A DNA stretch of 64,000 nt from an uncultured Candidatus Saccharibacteria bacterium (GTDB taxonomy: Bacteria; Patescibacteriota; Minisyncoccia; Phycocordibacterales; PALSA-1337). Under the pieces are notes generated by a model. It was not told the DNA's origin. It saw nothing but the letters and a program-made list of their open reading frames with translations, and made no database searches. Each line of letters starts with the position of its first letter. Position 1 is the first letter of the stretch. Location: NCBI GenBank assembly GCA_964357605.1, contig CAYHLX010000002.1, forward strand, positions 569-64,568, given 5' to 3'. Both the position numbers and the translations under genes were made by a program. Positions 1 through 8,953 of the stretch are shown here, one piece after another.

Positions 1-3000
1 ATAATTTTGCCAGTGACTAAGTCCGCTTCCATAATTCAAATCAATCTCACCTGCCGCCCCACTAGCTGCTTGTAGTTTTAATGAATATTGAGAATTGATT
101 GTTGCAACAAAACTAGTAATATCAAAATCCAGCGTAGGAGGAGAGCCAGCAACAGTATTAGTAAGTCTTAAAACATGACCAGTACTCGGACCAATAACAT
201 GCAATTTAGCTCCAGGAGAAGCGGTCCCAATCCCCACGTTACCATTCTGTAAAACACTCAAACCAGTAGAACCTCCTGCTATCAATCCCCCCACGAATGT
301 TGAGGTTGCAACCGTCGAGGTGGCATTGAAGTACGGTGCGCTGATCTTTGCCCATGACTCTATGCCGCCGGCGAAGGTAGAGGTAGCTGTTGATTTAATA
401 TTGATTGGTATGGTTGTGGTAGGAGTAAGAGAATTTACGCTGAAGATATTATTCTCTTGAAGCCAGTCATAAGAATTTCCTGTTGGCCATGATGTGCGGC
501 AGTCGGAAGTCAGACAAAGGGTCGTAGCGGAGAGAGCCGTAGTTGAAGCGTATGGGAATACTGAGGCTTGAGTAGTTGATGTTGCAGTGATATATGCAAC
601 CGTTGGAGAAGTAGAGGATACGAAAGCACCAGAGTCGTTAATCGCAAGCCATCCTTGACCAAAAGATGTTTGACCGGTGCCGCCTTTGTTCACAGCAATG
701 GTTGTTCCGTTCCATGTACCACTCGTAATGTTACCTAGAGTTGCGATGTTTGTCGAACCTGTCCAGGTAGAGAGAGCTGTGTTTTCAACATTGTTGAGTC
801 CTAGTGTTGTCTTTAGGTTTGCTGTAGATGTACCAGCGAGAGAGCCTGTACCGTTTGCATAGAGGACATCACCGAGAGTGTAGGATGAGAGACCGGTGCC
901 GCCACCAGCTACTGTGAGTGTACCGGTAATTGTTGGAGGAGCGATGGTGAAGGTGGTGCCAGAATTGGTAATGGCATTTGAGATGGAAAGACCATTGAAT
1001 GATGTAGCGGTAGAAGTAGCTAGAGTGATAGCACCAGTTTGTGCTGAACCATATGTTTGAGCAAGAGATGATATGCCATTGTTAATACTTGAAGTTGCTG
1101 TCCATGTAGGGATTCCATTGAGGTATGCGAGAACATATCCTGCAGTTCCAGCTGTAGTGGTTGCGAGTGCTCCTGTACCATTACCATATGGTATAGCGCT
1201 GGCTTGTATAGCTGACCAGCCGGTACCTCCGTAGAGGACTCCGATGGATGAGGTTGCTGAGACAACTCCGTTGTTGGCTTGGAGAGGGCCGTTCAATGAA
1301 CCTACTGTCAGAGTTGAATTGAATGTGGCTGCACCACCAAAGATGTTTGATCCATTGAATGTTTGGTTACCTGAGAACGTATTGGAGTCTCCTAGGAGTG
1401 TTGACGATGCAAATGTCCAGGTGGAGGTTGAGAATGAATATGCAAGACCAGAGGAGTTAACGGCGACACCGCCTGCGGAGAGACCGGTGAGTGAGAAGTT
1501 GCCAGAGAAAGTATTAGCGCCAGTAAAGGTATTTGCTGTATATGTTTTTGAAATGGTGGATGAAGCGTGGATGTAGGCGTTAACTAACGTGTCAGAATAG
1601 AACTTGTTGGTTGAACCTTCAACAAGATTGTCTGTATTGATGTTCAAGGTTGAAGTACTGACTGTTCCAACAGAACCGTTTGTACCATAGAGGACTCCTG
1701 TGAGAGTACCGATCGAGGCTGTATTAGAAACAACTAAATTTGATGTTGAAGCAGTACCAGAGACCGTGATAGCTGTTGTTGAGGCGTATGGGAAGACTGA
1801 GGCTCGAGTAGTTGATGTAGCAGTAATATATGCAACAGTCGGACTCGTAGAAGAAGTAAATGTCGTACCATCAGAATGTAACCACCCCTGACCAAAAGAG
1901 GTTTGACCTGTGCCACCTTTGTTCACAGCAATGGTTGTTCCGTTCCATGTACCACTCGTGATGTTACCTAGAGTTGCAATATTGGTTGAGCCAGTCCACG
2001 TTGAGAGAGCTGTGTTTTCAACATTGTTGAGTCCTAGTGTTGTCTTTAGGTTTGCTGTAGATGTACCAGCGAGAGAGCCTGTACCGTTTGCATAGAGGAC
2101 ATCACCGAGAGTGTAGGATGAGAGACCGGTACCACCTCGAGCCACAGAAAGTGTTCCCGTCCATGAGGGCGTGAAAGTGTGAACATCACCAGCTGAAGTA
2201 ATAGCCAAAAGAATATTCGCATCAGATGAAGTTGCAAAAGTTTGAGATGATCCAGACTGAAATGCTGAGTACTGCGCACCTAGTGCAGTCAGACCTCCGC
2301 CCGCTCCTGCATCAGCCCCACAGGCAAATTGTCGTGTTGTCGCATTCCAGATCAATTTGTCCCCTGAACCCGAACATGAAGTAGTTAGACCGGCTCCAGA
2401 AATTTGACCAGAAATATATAGACTTGTTGTTGTGGCATTTGTAGTTGTTGCACGCGTAGCGATGAGATCAGTCAGACCTAGGAGTGTTGTCAGATTTGGT
2501 AGGGTTGTCGTTGCGGAAAGACGAGTATCAAAACGGTTGTTTGTCCAGTAGAGATTATTCAGTCCTTCGTCGAGAGCATCTGTTGTTGTTCCTGCTAGGT
2601 CTGAAGCAAAAAGAAGAGTTGAGTAATATTTGTTGATCGCACCTTGTGTCAATTGATCTGTTGTTGTTGAATACCAATTGGCGAGAGTAAGATATCCATT
2701 CAGATCCGCTGAACCAAGAAGGCCGAGTGAGGATGTGGCAATACCGATGAATGTATTGTTCGGTCCGCCGATGAGGAGTGAAGATGAGGCGACAGAATTG
2801 AGTCCTGTACCTCCATATATTACTCCGACACTTGTGGTCGCAGAGACAACTCCGTTGTTGGCTTGGAGTGGGCCGTTTAGGGTATCGATTGTTACAGAAC
2901 TCGCCGTCAAAGAATTGGCCGTAACTGTATTCAATGTAGAAGCATTTGAAACTATCAAATTTGATGTCGATGCCGTACCAGAAACTGTGATGGCAGTCGA

Positions 3001-3549
3001 TGAGGCGTATGGCAGTGTGGAAGCTGTTGTAGAAGTAGCTACAAAATATCCGATAGTCGCACTACCTGTATCTGCACGCAAGAACTGTGTACTGTCCAAA
3101 CCATCCAGCGTGTCTGCCACAAAGGCCGATGGCACGGCACCAATAATTTTTCGTGGTGTCATTTCCCCATCACTTTCAATATTTACTCCTAGATATAATG
3201 TCTGGTTAAAATCAACACTCGTAAGAGCCGTGACTGCCCCCAACATCACACTGAAGAGCCCGTCTGTTACTTGAACTTCATTTGCCCCAGTCAAAGATTC
3301 TGTCCAAATAGCCGAGCCACCCGATGAGGCCGTGTAGAGTTTGAACTCCATAGCATATGTTCCATCAGCCACAACATCTCCTGCACTATCTGCCAACTTT
3401 CCTTGATAGTTGATCTGCTTGTTGATGGCGGCTTCGGCAACCGGAGTAAAGTTTGGAATATAAACCAAGGTACTCGCCACAAAAACGAATAATGCCATGC
3501 TACCAGCAATCACCTTTCTAATTATTCTTTTGTTGAATAATTTTTTCAT
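1..3549 (-). CDS. Giant repetitive secreted/cell-surface protein (Gly/Thr/Ser-rich, GGTG-type fibre-like repeats); N-terminus with signal peptide at 3549, 3' end beyond window start
   Basis: ATG at 3549..3547 overlaps the stop of the upstream gene (TAATG). I translated the minus frame by hand from 3549 down to about 3180 (MKKLFNKRIIRKVIAGSMALFVFVASTLVYIPNFTPVAEAAINKQINYQGKLADSAGDVVADGTYAMEFKLYTASSGGSAIWTES...) and around 2821..2880 (LNGPLQANNGVVSATTSVGV) with no stop. The supplied track shows no complete minus ORF in this frame, which fits an ORF that stays open to the window edge. The plus-strand ORFs at 677..862 and 1910..2095 have identical translations, which is what antisense shadows of an internal repeat would look like. 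Confidence 0.6.
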   Translation of the reverse strand, partial: MKKLFNKRIIRKVIAGSMALFVFVASTLVYIPNFTPVAEAAINKQINYQGKLADSAGDVVADGTYAMEFKLYTASSGGSAIWTESLTGANEVQVTDGLFSVMLGAVTALTSVDFNQTLYLGVNIESDGEMTPRKIIGAVPSAFVADTLDGLDSTQFLRADTGSATIGYFVATSTTASTLPYASSTAITVSGTASTSNLIVSNASTLNTVTANSLTASSVTIDTLNGPLQANNGVVSATTSVGVIYGGTGLNSVASSSLLIGGPNNTFIGIATSSLGLLGSADLNGYLTLANWYSTTTDQLTQGAINKYYSTLLFASDLAGTTTDALDEGLNNLYWTNNRFDTRLSATTTLPNLTTLLGLTDLIATRATTTNATTTSLYISGQISGAGLTTSCSGSGDKLIWNATTRQFACGADAGAGGGLTALGAQYSAFQSGSSQTFATSSDANILLAITSAGDVHTFTPSWTGTLSVARGGTGLSSYTLGDVLYANGTGSLAGTSTANLKTTLGLNNVENTALSTWTGSTNIATLGNITSGTWNGTTIAVNKGGTGQTSFGQGWLHSDGTTFTSSTSPTVAYITATSTTRASVFPYASTTAITVSGTASTSNLVVSNTASIGTLTGVLYGTNGSVGTVSTSTLNINTDNLVEGSTNKFYSDTLVNAYIHASSTISKTYTANTFTGANTFSGNFSLTGLSAGGVAVNSSGLAYSFSTSTWTFASSTLLGDSNTFSGNQTFNGSNIFGGAATFNSTLTVGSLNGPLQANNGVVSATSSIGVLYGGTGWSAIQASAIPYGNGTGALATTTAGTAGYVLAYLNGIPTWTATSSINNGISSLAQTYGSAQTGAITLATSTATSFNGLSISNAITNSGTTFTIAPPTITGTLTVAGGGTGLSSYTLGDVLYANGTGSLAGTSTANLKTTLGLNNVENTALSTWTGSTNIATLGNITSGTWNGTTIAVNKGGTGQTSFGQGWLAINDSGAFVSSTSPTVAYITATSTTQASVFPYASTTALSATTLCLTSDCRTSWPTGNSYDWLQENNIFSVNSLTPTTTIPINIKSTATSTFAGGIESWAKISAPYFNATSTVATSTFVGGLIAGGSTGLSVLQNGNVGIGTASPGAKLHVIGPSTGHVLRLTNTVAGSPPTLDFDITSFVATINSQYSLKLQAASGAAGEIDLNYGSGLSHWQNY
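531..905 (-). repeat. Internal coding repeat copy 1 of the giant surface protein gene (period 1233 bp relative to copy 2)
   Basis: Near-identical DNA blocks, e.g. 661..905 versus 1894..2140 (ccgtttgcatagaggacatcaccgagagtgtaggatgagagaccggt... shared). A partial further copy sits near 2990..3060, and the short motif gagacaactccgttgttggcttggag occurs at both 1259 and 2855. Confidence 0.7.
1772..2140 (-). repeat. Internal coding repeat copy 2 of the giant surface protein gene
   Basis: Same block as 531..905, offset by 1233 bp. The antisense ORFs 677..862 and 1910..2095 give the identical peptide MPPLFTAMVVPFHVPLVMLPRVA... Confidence 0.7.
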
Positions 3550-4766
3550 TATTGTGGTAAGTTATTCTGCAAAGACTTCTTTTCTTTTTTCTTTTTCTCC
3601 ACTACGACCAAGATGATAATGGCGATAAATGCCAGAACCAGGAAAATAATCATCCAGAATAGATTCTTGGGATGTTTACCATCAAGTCCGAACAAAGCCT
3701 CTCCTTCTTCTAGAACCAAGGCTCGCAACTGACCATTTAGCCTCTTTAGACCTTGGTTTTTATAATCTAGAATAATTGCATTTAATTTGTAATCTCCACT
3801 TCTACCAAGAGGAGCTATTGTGGCTTCGTAAGCTGTCTTATTTTCATTAACACGGAGAAGGAATGTAAATACTTTTGTCTTATCGCTAGGATCTGTCAGA
3901 GTAATAGCAATAGTTTTTAATATTTCAGGAACCTTATCATAGGATAATCGAATGGTTAGATTTTGAGTCCCGTCTACTGGTACGATTCCCTCAACCTGTG
4001 CAATTTTTCTATTGTTCTGTATAAAATCAAAGTCTAAAAGAGAAAGGTCTGAGATAACTGGGTCTGTGGTAGGAATAAGAGGAATATTTTCAAAAATCTC
4101 TGACGGAGTTAGTGGAGGAGTAATATCTCCAAGAGTACTGAGGCGAGCTTGTGCAAGAACTCCGGATGAATATATCCCTGTTTGATTTTTTGCAAAAAGA
4201 GCGTAGTAATACTGTTGACCAATAATTACATTATTATCTAACACAGACTCTACATCTCCCTCAAAAATAACTTCACCATCAGAAATATCATTTGGGAAAA
4301 ATTTATCTGAACGAACAATCCTGACTGAAACTATTTTTGAATCCAGAGGATAATTCCAAGAAAGTAAAATATTTTTTTCTAACGGTGTCGCGGTAAAGTT
4401 AATCGCGTTCACTGGCAAAAATGATCCGCTAATACCAGTACTTCCTGAATCTGGTGTAGATGCCGGTGGAGTAGAAGTAGAAACTGAAATTGTTGCGACC
4501 TGCTGGAAACCAGCTCGAAGATTATTGTTGGTACTATTTGAAAATCCTGTGCCAACTTCACCTCCTGTATCTTCTAAACCATACGAAGCAGAAGTTGAGC
4601 GAGCCCCTCCAAAATTCATACTGTCTGCTTCTAGAACATAATTTCCACTAGTCATTCTCTCTGCAAAAACTACTTCTACTGACGTAGATAAAAAACAAAC
4701 AAAGATAGCAATCCCGATTGCAGATGAGAGGAAATTTCTTGTTTTAGGATAGTTAAAAATATTCAT
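3549..4766 (-). CDS. Secreted/membrane-anchored hypothetical protein (N-terminal signal anchor, C-terminal TM followed by KKKKEKK); N-terminal tandem motif S-x-N/S-Y-x-L-E-x-D
   Basis: 405-aa ORF. The N-terminal hydrophobic segment is AIGIAIFVCFLSTSV. The C-terminal hydrophobic segment is FWMIIFLVLAFIAIIILVVV, followed by a poly-Lys stretch. The stop overlaps the start of the giant gene (TAATG). Confidence 0.6.
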   Translation of the reverse strand: MNIFNYPKTRNFLSSAIGIAIFVCFLSTSVEVVFAERMTSGNYVLEADSMNFGGARSTSASYGLEDTGGEVGTGFSNSTNNNLRAGFQQVATISVSTSTPPASTPDSGSTGISGSFLPVNAINFTATPLEKNILLSWNYPLDSKIVSVRIVRSDKFFPNDISDGEVIFEGDVESVLDNNVIIGQQYYYALFAKNQTGIYSSGVLAQARLSTLGDITPPLTPSEIFENIPLIPTTDPVISDLSLLDFDFIQNNRKIAQVEGIVPVDGTQNLTIRLSYDKVPEILKTIAITLTDPSDKTKVFTFLLRVNENKTAYEATIAPLGRSGDYKLNAIILDYKNQGLKRLNGQLRALVLEEGEALFGLDGKHPKNLFWMIIFLVLAFIAIIILVVVEKKKKEKKSLQNNLPQ

Positions 4767-4772
4767 GATATT

Positions 4773-5771
4773 TTATTGAGTTGCTTCCTGAATTGGTACC
4801 AAGACATAGACAAAATTATCTTCGGTAGCTTTACGAAATACCGGAGTAATCACACCAGAAGTTCCACTCTGATCTGGATGAATCTGTATTTCATCAGAAA
4901 AAGAGTCGCGAATTCTCTGTTTGATCAGCTCATCTTTTTCTAGAGAATTTGTGGAGGGCACAACTGCAATTCCATTGAAACCTAATTCTCTAGAATCTTT
5001 TTGTGATGGAATATTTTCAACTACCAATTGAGAATCATCTTTTCCAAAATATGAAGCAACTTTATTTGAAATCTGGTCCCAACCTTTAGCAATCGAATTT
5101 AAAATATCTTTTGAGACTGAAGCAATGGAGGCTTGAGATGAGTAATTTGTATTTTGATTTAAAGATGAAAGAGATGATTGCATGAAAAATCCTCCGCCAA
5201 TAATTGCCACGAGGAGAATTACTACCGCCGCAAAATCATCGGCAAAATTATATGAAGTAATTTTGTTAGAGATACTTATTGAGGAAAAAGTATTTCTGAT
5301 TGAAAAGACAGCGGGAACAAATTTAACTTCAAGATTTTTTTTCTTGAGAAGAGGCATCAGGGGAGATTTTATGGGTTCATACTTGAAAGATGACTTAGCT
5401 TCTTCTACAATTTTTGAAACAATTATTGGTTGAACAGACAAGCTGTAGGCTCTTTCTGTTAAAAGTAAAAGTGGTGATGATAATTTTTCAATCGTCCTAA
5501 ATTTTTCTTCCCTGATTTCTCTTCTTTCCTGTTGAGCTTGAAAGGCTCTTCTTTTTTTAGCTGTTTTCTTATTTGTCTTTACTTGATCATTAACCAATTT
5601 GTGATTGAGAAGAGATTCCTCAAGAACGAACCATGATCTGCCAACCACTTTTGACTCAATCTTACCCGCTCGACAGAGCTGTCCAACATAGTCACTGGTG
5701 TATCCAGTGACCTCTGCAGCTCGGCGAGCCGAGATGTATGTTTTATGTTCTAAAATAAGAGCATCTTTCAT
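4773..5771 (-). CDS. Membrane protein with N-terminal excisionase/MerR-like HTH DNA-binding domain, single TM and C-terminal extracytoplasmic domain
   Basis: 332 aa. The N-terminus, ISARRAAEVTGYTSDYVGQLCRAGKIESKVVGRSWFV, has the HTH_17-like pattern. A TM segment follows (FAAVVILLVAIIGGGFF). It is the first gene of a three-gene minus-strand operon that ends in the giant protein. Confidence 0.55.
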   Translation of the reverse strand: MKDALILEHKTYISARRAAEVTGYTSDYVGQLCRAGKIESKVVGRSWFVLEESLLNHKLVNDQVKTNKKTAKKRRAFQAQQERREIREEKFRTIEKLSSPLLLLTERAYSLSVQPIIVSKIVEEAKSSFKYEPIKSPLMPLLKKKNLEVKFVPAVFSIRNTFSSISISNKITSYNFADDFAAVVILLVAIIGGGFFMQSSLSSLNQNTNYSSQASIASVSKDILNSIAKGWDQISNKVASYFGKDDSQLVVENIPSQKDSRELGFNGIAVVPSTNSLEKDELIKQRIRDSFSDEIQIHPDQSGTSGVITPVFRKATEDNFVYVLVPIQEATQ

Positions 5772-6146
5772 ATTGTCTTACCTATAATTATACTTCATCT
5801 CGGATGCTTTTTTGGGAAAAAATATGTGGATAAACGATCAAAATTATTGATCACATTTTTTTCAAAAAACTTGGTAAAATTTGAGCTAAAAATACTCCTG
5901 GTCTTAAAAATGCCAGTTTCAGCTAAAGCTCCTAGTCTTAAGCATTCAAAGCAGGACAAATTAAAAAATTAGATGACCAAAAGTACGTAAAGTTAAAATT
6001 AAAAGGCCTATAAACGATTTTAAAGCCTCATTTTTCATAGGGAAATGCTTATTTTTAATATTTTAAGTATAAAAAATAGATATATTAGATCAAAAAGCTG
6101 TTATAGAGATATATGCCATCTTTATTAATAAATAATAGTAAAATTT

Positions 6147-6238
6147 ATATTACTTATTAAACCTTACTAATGTGGATAAATAGTTACTAGATATTGCTAA
6201 TAATGTTATAATGTCTATTAAGGTTTAATAAGTAATAT
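6147..6238 (+). promoter_or_regulatory. 20-bp perfect inverted repeat (arms 6147..6166 and 6219..6238, spacer 52 bp) overlapping a sigma70-like promoter (-35 TTACTA 6184..6189, 17-bp spacer, -10 TATAAT 6207..6212) for the small HTH gene
   Basis: The arm atattacttattaaacctta is the exact reverse complement of taaggtttaataagtaatat. A consensus TATAAT lies just upstream of the right arm, and the ATG is at 6254. This is a candidate autoregulatory operator. Confidence 0.35.
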
Positions 6239-6253
6239 CAATAGCATTATTTT

Positions 6254-6487
6254 ATGGAAAAAAAATATATAAACATCAAGCAAGCAGCTAAAATTTTAGG
6301 AGTCTCATCTCTCACTCTTCGCAATTGGGATAACAATGGCAAATTCCCAGCTGGAAGGCACCCTATAAGTAATTATAGAGTTTATAGGGTAGAGGATCTA
6401 GAAAAGATTCTTATGGCTATTGAGGAGAGTCGAGGTCATCATCGATCTAGAAATGAGATAAAGAAATTAATGGTCAAGCACCTATAG
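6254..6487 (+). CDS. Small HTH DNA-binding protein (MerR/excisionase-like HTH_17 family)
   Basis: 77 aa. The motif IKQAAKILGVSSLTLRNWDNNGKF is typical of Xis/MerR-type HTH proteins. The 3' end overlaps the gatB stop by 14 nt in convergent orientation. Confidence 0.55.
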   Translation: MEKKYINIKQAAKILGVSSLTLRNWDNNGKFPAGRHPISNYRVYRVEDLEKILMAIEESRGHHRSRNEIKKLMVKHL

Positions 6488-7943
6488 TTTCTATAATTAT
6501 CTTTTTTAAAACTTCAGGATTAGCTGAACCTTTAGTTGCTTTCATTCCTTGTCCGACCAAGAACTGTAGCGCGACCATCTTCCCTTTTTTATAATCATCC
6601 ACCACACTCAGATTTGTTTTTATAATCTCTTCCACAATCTTTTTTATTTCTCCTTCATCACTTTTCTGTATCAAACCTTGTTCATTAGCAATTTTTACTG
6701 GATCAATATTTTGTTCTCCAAATTTTGAATACAAAATCGCTAAAAGATCTTTTCCACCACGCGAAGATAGTTCACCCTTGCCAATCATCTTTACGAGTGT
6801 TGCAAAATTTTTGGCAGAAACCATTTCCATTGACGTCTCCAGATTTCTGTCTTCCTTTTTTAAAATCCCGATAAAATCTGTGAGAATGTAGTTGATCGCA
6901 AGACGCATTAGTTTTTTGTCATTGTCTAGACCCTTCCCCACCTCTTCAAAGTAATGTCCAATTTTTGGAGACTCCACAAAAACTGAAACTTCTTTATCGG
7001 TCATCTGAAAAACTTTTTGCAGTCTTCCCCTCTTCTCCCATGGTAGCTCTGGAAGCTCTTTCTCTAGATTTTTTATAGAAAATTCTTCTACCTCACTCAC
7101 TTTAAGTTTTGGGATATCAGGATCTGGAAAATAACGATAATCATGCGAACTCTCTTTAGCTCTTTGTGAAAAGGTATTGCCAGCATTCTCATCCCAACCA
7201 CGAGTTTCTTGTACCACCTTCTCCCCCTTTTCAAGCAACTTCTCTTGTCGATCAATTTCATAAGCAATAGCCTTCTCGACAGCCTTAAAGGAGTTGAGAT
7301 TTTTGACTTCTGTCTTTGTTCCAAACTTCTTTGCTTTGGTATCCTCTGGTGTTGCTACCGAGATGTTGGCCTCTACTCTCATTTCTCCTTTCTCTAGATT
7401 TGCCTCCCCTACCCCAAGGTAGCGTAGGGCTAATTGTAGCTCTTTAGCAAAGTTTACAGCTGTTATAGCATCGTGTATAACTGGTTCAGTTACCAGCTCC
7501 ATCAGCGGTACACCAGCTCTATTAAAGTTTATTAAACTCTTGTGATGTGTATCGTGTGTAGATTGAGCTGTATCCTCTTCTAGATGGATGCGAGTAAGCT
7601 CTACGCCGGCCAATAACCCGCCTGAGATGAGTGGGTATTTGTACTGACTGATCTGGTAACCCTTGGGTATGTCAGGGTAAAAATAGTTTTTTCTATCCCA
7701 CTGCGTGAAGTCTGCTCTATCCCCTTTTACAGCCAGGCCCACCTTCAGAACGTGCTTTATAGCTTCCTTATTTAACACAGGAAGTGTGCCAGGATGGCCC
7801 ATACAAATAGGGCAAATATTAACATTTGGACGTTCTTCATTTGAGTCATTCTTACATGAGCAAAACATCTTTGAGGTCGTTTTGAGTTCGGCATGAACCT
7901 CCAGACCAATGGTAGCGATGTATTTGAGAGACGACTTTTCCAT
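6474..7943 (-). CDS. gatB: Asp-tRNA(Asn)/Glu-tRNA(Gln) amidotransferase subunit B
   Basis: 489 aa. The N-terminus YIATIGLEVHAELKTTSKMFCSC and the overall length match GatB. Confidence 0.9.
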   Translation of the reverse strand: MEKSSLKYIATIGLEVHAELKTTSKMFCSCKNDSNEERPNVNICPICMGHPGTLPVLNKEAIKHVLKVGLAVKGDRADFTQWDRKNYFYPDIPKGYQISQYKYPLISGGLLAGVELTRIHLEEDTAQSTHDTHHKSLINFNRAGVPLMELVTEPVIHDAITAVNFAKELQLALRYLGVGEANLEKGEMRVEANISVATPEDTKAKKFGTKTEVKNLNSFKAVEKAIAYEIDRQEKLLEKGEKVVQETRGWDENAGNTFSQRAKESSHDYRYFPDPDIPKLKVSEVEEFSIKNLEKELPELPWEKRGRLQKVFQMTDKEVSVFVESPKIGHYFEEVGKGLDNDKKLMRLAINYILTDFIGILKKEDRNLETSMEMVSAKNFATLVKMIGKGELSSRGGKDLLAILYSKFGEQNIDPVKIANEQGLIQKSDEGEIKKIVEEIIKTNLSVVDDYKKGKMVALQFLVGQGMKATKGSANPEVLKKIIIETIGA

Positions 7944-7955
7944 GAGGCTATCTTA

Positions 7956-8927
7956 CTATTTCCTTAACCTTTTCACAATCTCATCAGATAACTTCTTTAT
8001 AGATGTATCATCCAAAATAGAGACGGTCAGAATGTCTTTGTTGTATTTAGAAATCTTTTTCTTGACAGACTCAACGGTCTTTTCATCTACCATATCAGTC
8101 TTAGTAAGAATAATTGTCTCTTCTTTTTCATCTAATCTTTCACCGTACTTTCTAAGTTCTTCTCTGATAGTTTTGTAAACCGAAATGGTTGCGTCATTTT
8201 CAAGAGAGATAAGATGAAAAAGTCTCTTGGTTCTTTTGACATGACGAAGAAATTTGTGCCCCAGACCCTTCCCTTCTGAAGCACCTTCTATAAGTCCAGG
8301 AATATCGGCTAGGATAAATCCGCCCTTCAAAGCTCCGAGATTTGGTTCAAGAGTCGTGAAAGCGTAACTGCCAACTTGAGCATTCGCATTTGTTAAAGAA
8401 TTTAAAAGTGATGATTTTCCTGCATTAGGTAAACCAATGAGTCCAGCATCCGCTACCAGCTCCAGTTCAATATGAAAATCCGCCTCTTCCCCATCTTTAC
8501 CTCTGGTAGATTCCATGGGAGTAGTATTCGTAGAAGCTTTAAAATGTTCGTTACCCAGACCTCCCTTTCCACCATTAAGAATTTTTACTTTCTCATCTTC
8601 TGTGAGAAGACTGATACTTCTCTTTGTTCTAGAGTCTGTAATAATAGATCCAATAGGAAGATCTACCACGAGATCATTTCCATCTCTCCCATCCATACTA
8701 TTCTTTGCCCCAGAGATACCATTCTCGGCTACAAATTCTTTGGTATTTCTATATCTACCAAGAATACTCAAATCACGAATGGCCTGGACATAGACATCCC
8801 CACCCCTTCCTCCGTTACCTCCAGCGGCTCCAGCAAACTCCTTGCCCTTTTCGTGACGCCAACGAACCACGCCGTCTCCGCCGTTACCAGCCTTAATATG
8901 AAATGTTAGCTCATCAATAAATGCCAT
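7956..8927 (-). CDS. obg: GTPase Obg (short form)
   Basis: The N-terminus FIDELTFHIKAGNGGDGVVRWRHEKGKEFAGAAGGNGGRGGDVY is the Obg fold. G-domain motifs GLPNAGKSSLL and DIPGLIEGA are present. Confidence 0.9.
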   Translation of the reverse strand: MAFIDELTFHIKAGNGGDGVVRWRHEKGKEFAGAAGGNGGRGGDVYVQAIRDLSILGRYRNTKEFVAENGISGAKNSMDGRDGNDLVVDLPIGSIITDSRTKRSISLLTEDEKVKILNGGKGGLGNEHFKASTNTTPMESTRGKDGEEADFHIELELVADAGLIGLPNAGKSSLLNSLTNANAQVGSYAFTTLEPNLGALKGGFILADIPGLIEGASEGKGLGHKFLRHVKRTKRLFHLISLENDATISVYKTIREELRKYGERLDEKEETIILTKTDMVDEKTVESVKKKISKYNKDILTVSILDDTSIKKLSDEIVKRLRK

Positions 8928-8953
8928 AGTTATGAGACTATACCAGAGAATGC

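Noticed and set aside
677-3274. Plus-strand ORFs 677..862, 1244..1576, 1700..1891, 1910..2095 and 2678..3274 as candidate genes.
   Set aside because: They lie antisense to a continuous minus-strand frame with a signal peptide and coherent repeat structure. The two identical 61-aa translations (677 and 1910) simply mirror the internal DNA repeat. I treat them as shadow ORFs.
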